NCBI GenBank assembly: GCA_902799465.1
Contig: CADCAS010000001.1
Coordinates: forward strand, 80,055-144,054
Origin: an uncultured Eubacteriales bacterium
GTDB taxonomy: Bacteria; Bacillota; Clostridia; Christensenellales; Aristaeellaceae
DNA: 64,000 nucleotides
Direction of reading: 5' to 3'
Shown here: positions 61,451 through 64,000 of the stretch, piece by piece
Position numbering within the stretch: position 1 is the first letter of the stretch
How the letters are laid out: every line of letters starts with the position of its first letter
Position numbers and translations under genes: made by a program
Notes under the pieces: model-generated
Told to the model about the DNA's origin: nothing
What the model saw: the letters and a program-made list of their open reading frames with translations, nothing else
Databases searched by the model: none

Positions 61451-61727
61451 TTTGACCATGCCTCTGACACCGACTATGGTGACAGTACTCAGCATGGCGG
61501 TGGAAAACTTCGTGGAACACGGTATGCCGGATAAACCCATCTTCGGCTGTGACATCTCCAGGGTAACCGACAGGATCACAACTGAGTTGGATTACATGCG
61601 TCGCCTGGTTGAGCTGGAGCAGCAGGGAAACAAGGAAGCTTATGAGGAATGCCGTGCGGATTTGGCCTTGTATGAGGCCGGTCTGCTTGCCGAGATGGAG
61701 AAGCTGGAAGCGGAAACTACTTTTTGA
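61434..61727 (+). CDS. hypothetical protein
   Basis: Internal ATG (MSIRDDLTMPL...) behind an AAAGGAG RBS within track ORF 61149..61727. Confidence 0.5.
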   Translation: MSIRDDLTMPLTPTMVTVLSMAVENFVEHGMPDKPIFGCDISRVTDRITTELDYMRRLVELEQQGNKEAYEECRADLALYEAGLLAEMEKLEAETTF

Positions 61728-61747
61728 AATGGAAGGGAGAAAAGATC

Positions 61748-62245
61748 ATGAAGAATCTTGCGGCACAGAGAGAACGGGCTATGAATGCAGTGAACGGTCT
61801 GACCTTTGAACAGGTCGAAACGGCAGCACAAGTAATGGAGTTTGCTGTCCAGAAGTACGGCAACCAGCCGTCGATCCTGGCAGGATTGGCGTTCATGGCT
61901 GGCGTTGCCGTGGGGAAGAGCGAGAGCGGCAGCGGCACGAATGAGAAGAGTGTGAGCGAAGCGGCTACGGCAGAAGATGTCGTTCGATGTGTTCATGCAG
62001 GCTATGCAGGCGACATCTCTGATGACATTGAAGCACCGCTGCGCAGGCTGGCCGATGTCATGTTTGCGACAGTCGCGCACTATGAGGATATTCAAGCAGA
62101 GAAAGGATGCAAACTGACAACCACCGAAGCAAACGAGGCGGTTGAATACTTGGAAACTTTCGCGCGTAGTGTCCGATGCATCCAAGAGAACGCGCTGGCC
62201 ATATCGAAAAGGGCGGACAATGCCGCTCTGGGCGTGGCTGATTGA
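61748..62245 (+). CDS. hypothetical protein
   Basis: MKNLAAQRERAMN... behind a GGAAGGGAG RBS. Confidence 0.55.
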   Translation: MKNLAAQRERAMNAVNGLTFEQVETAAQVMEFAVQKYGNQPSILAGLAFMAGVAVGKSESGSGTNEKSVSEAATAEDVVRCVHAGYAGDISDDIEAPLRRLADVMFATVAHYEDIQAEKGCKLTTTEANEAVEYLETFARSVRCIQENALAISKRADNAALGVAD

Positions 62246-62300
62246 CCTTTTTCGTTGCGCAGGAAGTGCCAACATGTTATAATAGAGGTGGTGGTTGTCG

Positions 62301-62486
62301 ATGTCTCTTGTGGTCTGCGTCAAGTATACGGATGATCGTGAAATGCTATCCGTGACGGAAAGGTTGCAGGATTTGGATCTGCGAGTTTCAAAAGAAGCGC
62401 ATACCGACGGTGGCCGGTTCCGGCGCGTATATCTGAAATCAAAGGACGTCACAAAGGGCACAAAAGCAGCCCACCAAACCGAATAG
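62301..62486 (+). CDS. hypothetical small protein
   Basis: ATG 6 nt after an AGAGGTGGTGG RBS. Confidence 0.45.
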   Translation: MSLVVCVKYTDDREMLSVTERLQDLDLRVSKEAHTDGGRFRRVYLKSKDVTKGTKAAHQTE

Positions 62487-62533
62487 AATACACATATCAA
62501 GTACCCCACCCGGCAGCGGGTGGAAGCCTACAA

Positions 62534-62582
62534 GGCGCGGGAAACGAGATCGAGTGATCGATCACGCCCCGCGCCTGTTTTT
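62534..62582 (+). terminator. hairpin plus T-run
   Basis: GGCGCGGG ... CCCGCGCC stem, then TGTTTTT. Confidence 0.5.
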
Positions 62583-62605
62583 ATCAGGAAGGGGTGGACA
62601 ACACC

Positions 62606-62785
62606 ATGCGGTACAGCAAAGCCAGGGAGCTGGTGGTCTTCACCAGCGCGGCGACAGTTTCAACGATGATCAGGTCACCACAGCAAATCTGGGAATTCAT
62701 CAAAATGGTGACGAGGGACTTTGGAATGCCTCACCGCTGGGGCTGGGCGGAGGATCTGGATCTGGAAGGTGGTGCGGTAGCGTGA
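62606..62785 (+). CDS. hypothetical small protein
   Basis: ATG after an AGGAAGGGGTGG RBS. Confidence 0.4.
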   Translation: MRYSKARELVVFTSAATVSTMIRSPQQIWEFIKMVTRDFGMPHRWGWAEDLDLEGGAVA

Positions 62786-62947
62786 GCAAGCTGCATAACG
62801 GATTTTTAATTCCGTCGCCACCATGGCGAAGCAATAAGCCGTCGGACGGCGATCCGCACCACAGCACCAGCACCGGCACAGCTTCGGCAAGTTGGAGACG
62901 GCTGTGGGCGAAGCAGAGAAACAATCAGGAAGGGAGGGAAACAACAC

Positions 62948-63172
62948 ATGGAAAATCGGAACATAGCGAAGGTCAAGCAGCTGTGCAAGCAGCGTGCGGA
63001 GCTGGATGCGAAGCTGAAAACGCCACAGTTTAGGCGTAACACTATCGAGTGCATCCGGGCGCGGATTGCTATCAAGAATGAGATCCAGCAGATTGACAAG
63101 CAGCTGCGCGGATTGAAAAATATTGTGATCCGCGAGAAACGACCTGACTTGATTCTGCGCACGGGATGGTAA
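62948..63172 (+). CDS. hypothetical basic coiled-coil protein
   Basis: 74-aa ORF behind a GGAAGGGAGG RBS. Confidence 0.5.
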   Translation: MENRNIAKVKQLCKQRAELDAKLKTPQFRRNTIECIRARIAIKNEIQQIDKQLRGLKNIVIREKRPDLILRTGW

Positions 63173-63185
63173 TGGAGGTGACCAT

Positions 63186-63392
63186 GTGGCACGGCTGAAA
63201 GAGATCAGGATCACTGGCCGGGAAGCCTTCCGGGCAGCGGCGGGGATCCATCGCGCCTGGTATGATCCTGCTGTTGACGGTCCGCCGGAAGGCAGGAAGC
63301 ACAAGCGTACTGTGTCATGGCTGGCCAGGATCGGCGCGGCAGTTCATGCGAAGGTAATCGGAACGGTCAAGCGCCTGGTGCGTAGGGGATAA
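63186..63392 (+). CDS. hypothetical basic protein
   Basis: GTG start after a GGAGGTG RBS. Confidence 0.4.
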   Translation: MARLKEIRITGREAFRAAAGIHRAWYDPAVDGPPEGRKHKRTVSWLARIGAAVHAKVIGTVKRLVRRG

Positions 63393-63423
63393 TCAAACAA
63401 CACGTTGAACAGGAGGAATAACG

Positions 63424-64000
63424 ATGCGAGTGATGGACGAGATTTTGAGGATCGATGTGCGTAGCATCCAGGAGCGGAGCAAGCTGGAGGATGAGGCGCG
63501 AGAGCTGACCGCGAGGATTGGCGATCTGCAAAAGACCATGGATCAGGCCATTGCGGAAGGCGACACTCCGTATAATCGCGGCGTTTACGAGAGAGCTGAT
63601 TCTGAGCAGCGCAAATTGATTGCGCGTCTCGGTTTCGTGAAAAATCTGCTGGCCGTGCCCCGTCCCATGGTGACCCGGCAGGAAGTGCTGGAAGCATGGC
63701 AGCAGTACGCCGAACGCTACAACGCCAGCGTGGAGCCGGATCTGATCAAGTATGACAAGGCCCGGCGTGAGCTGGCGAAGCAGTTTCAGACGATTGTCCG
63801 CAAGCAGAATGAAGCCATGAAGGTGCGCGACAAGCTGACGGCCGTTCTGGAGGCACTTCCGGGTGGTGTGGAGTTCAACATCTTCGGGGCTGCGGATCCG
63901 GAAATGGAGCCGATTGAGGGTCTGCCTTCCACAAAGCCTGTCGTTTATGAAGGGCAGTACACCACCGGCGACCTCGCATTTTTTGCCAGTCATGGTGATC
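63424..64000 (+). CDS. hypothetical protein, 3' end off-window (not in the ORF track because no stop is reached)
   Basis: ATG after an AGGAGGAATAACG RBS. Hand translation MRVMDEILRIDVRSIQERSKLEDEARELTARIGDLQ... stays open to the window edge. Confidence 0.5.
   Translation, partial: MRVMDEILRIDVRSIQERSKLEDEARELTARIGDLQKTMDQAIAEGDTPYNRGVYERADSEQRKLIARLGFVKNLLAVPRPMVTRQEVLEAWQQYAERYNASVEPDLIKYDKARRELAKQFQTIVRKQNEAMKVRDKLTAVLEALPGGVEFNIFGAADPEMEPIEGLPSTKPVVYEGQYTTGDLAFFASHGD

Larger units (their letters stand above)
56995..64000. mobile_element. second integrative element (PICI/satellite-like or small prophage), partial; the right end is off-window
   Basis: Starts at the tRNA-Pro remnant. Gene order int(-), XRE(-), xis-like HTH(+), CHC2 primase finger(+), AAA ATPase(+). 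Visibly lower GC over 57.3-59 kb. Confidence 0.8.

Overview
The window is a high-GC, Clostridia-type chromosome segment. Recognised host genes are queA, glgA, an SNF2/nuclease/GNAT/RluA operon, an acyl-CoA synthetase, spoVAC-AD-AE, lexA, a COG0523 GTPase, and tRNA-Thr(CGU) plus tRNA-Pro(CGG).

From about 17.6 kb onward the window is mobile DNA:
- A ~39.4 kb siphovirus-type prophage is integrated in the 3' end of tRNA-Pro. The 43-bp att repeats lie at 17565-17607 and 56952-56994.
- A second, lower-GC integrase-bearing element follows in tandem. It has a PICI/satellite-like layout (int, XRE, xis-like HTH, primase zinc finger, AAA ATPase) and runs off the right edge.

Strongest findings:
1. A diversity-generating retroelement (DGR) VR/TR pair sits at the C-terminus of a 2262-aa tail-fibre gene. 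All 17 mismatches fall at TR adenines, yet I see no reverse transcriptase or Avd anywhere in the window.
2. The tape-measure gene is displaced about 12 kb, to after the lysis cassette.
3. Five copies of one 24-bp perfect palindrome lie at prophage module boundaries.
4. A helically phased ATGTGA array with a leader lies upstream of the packaging/late genes.
5. An A16 tract forms the spacer of the early-lytic promoter.
6. Four chromosomal intergenic elements are built from locus-specific tandem-heptamer arms around conserved structured cores.

All functional calls rest on motif recognition by eye and on gene order. No database search was run.
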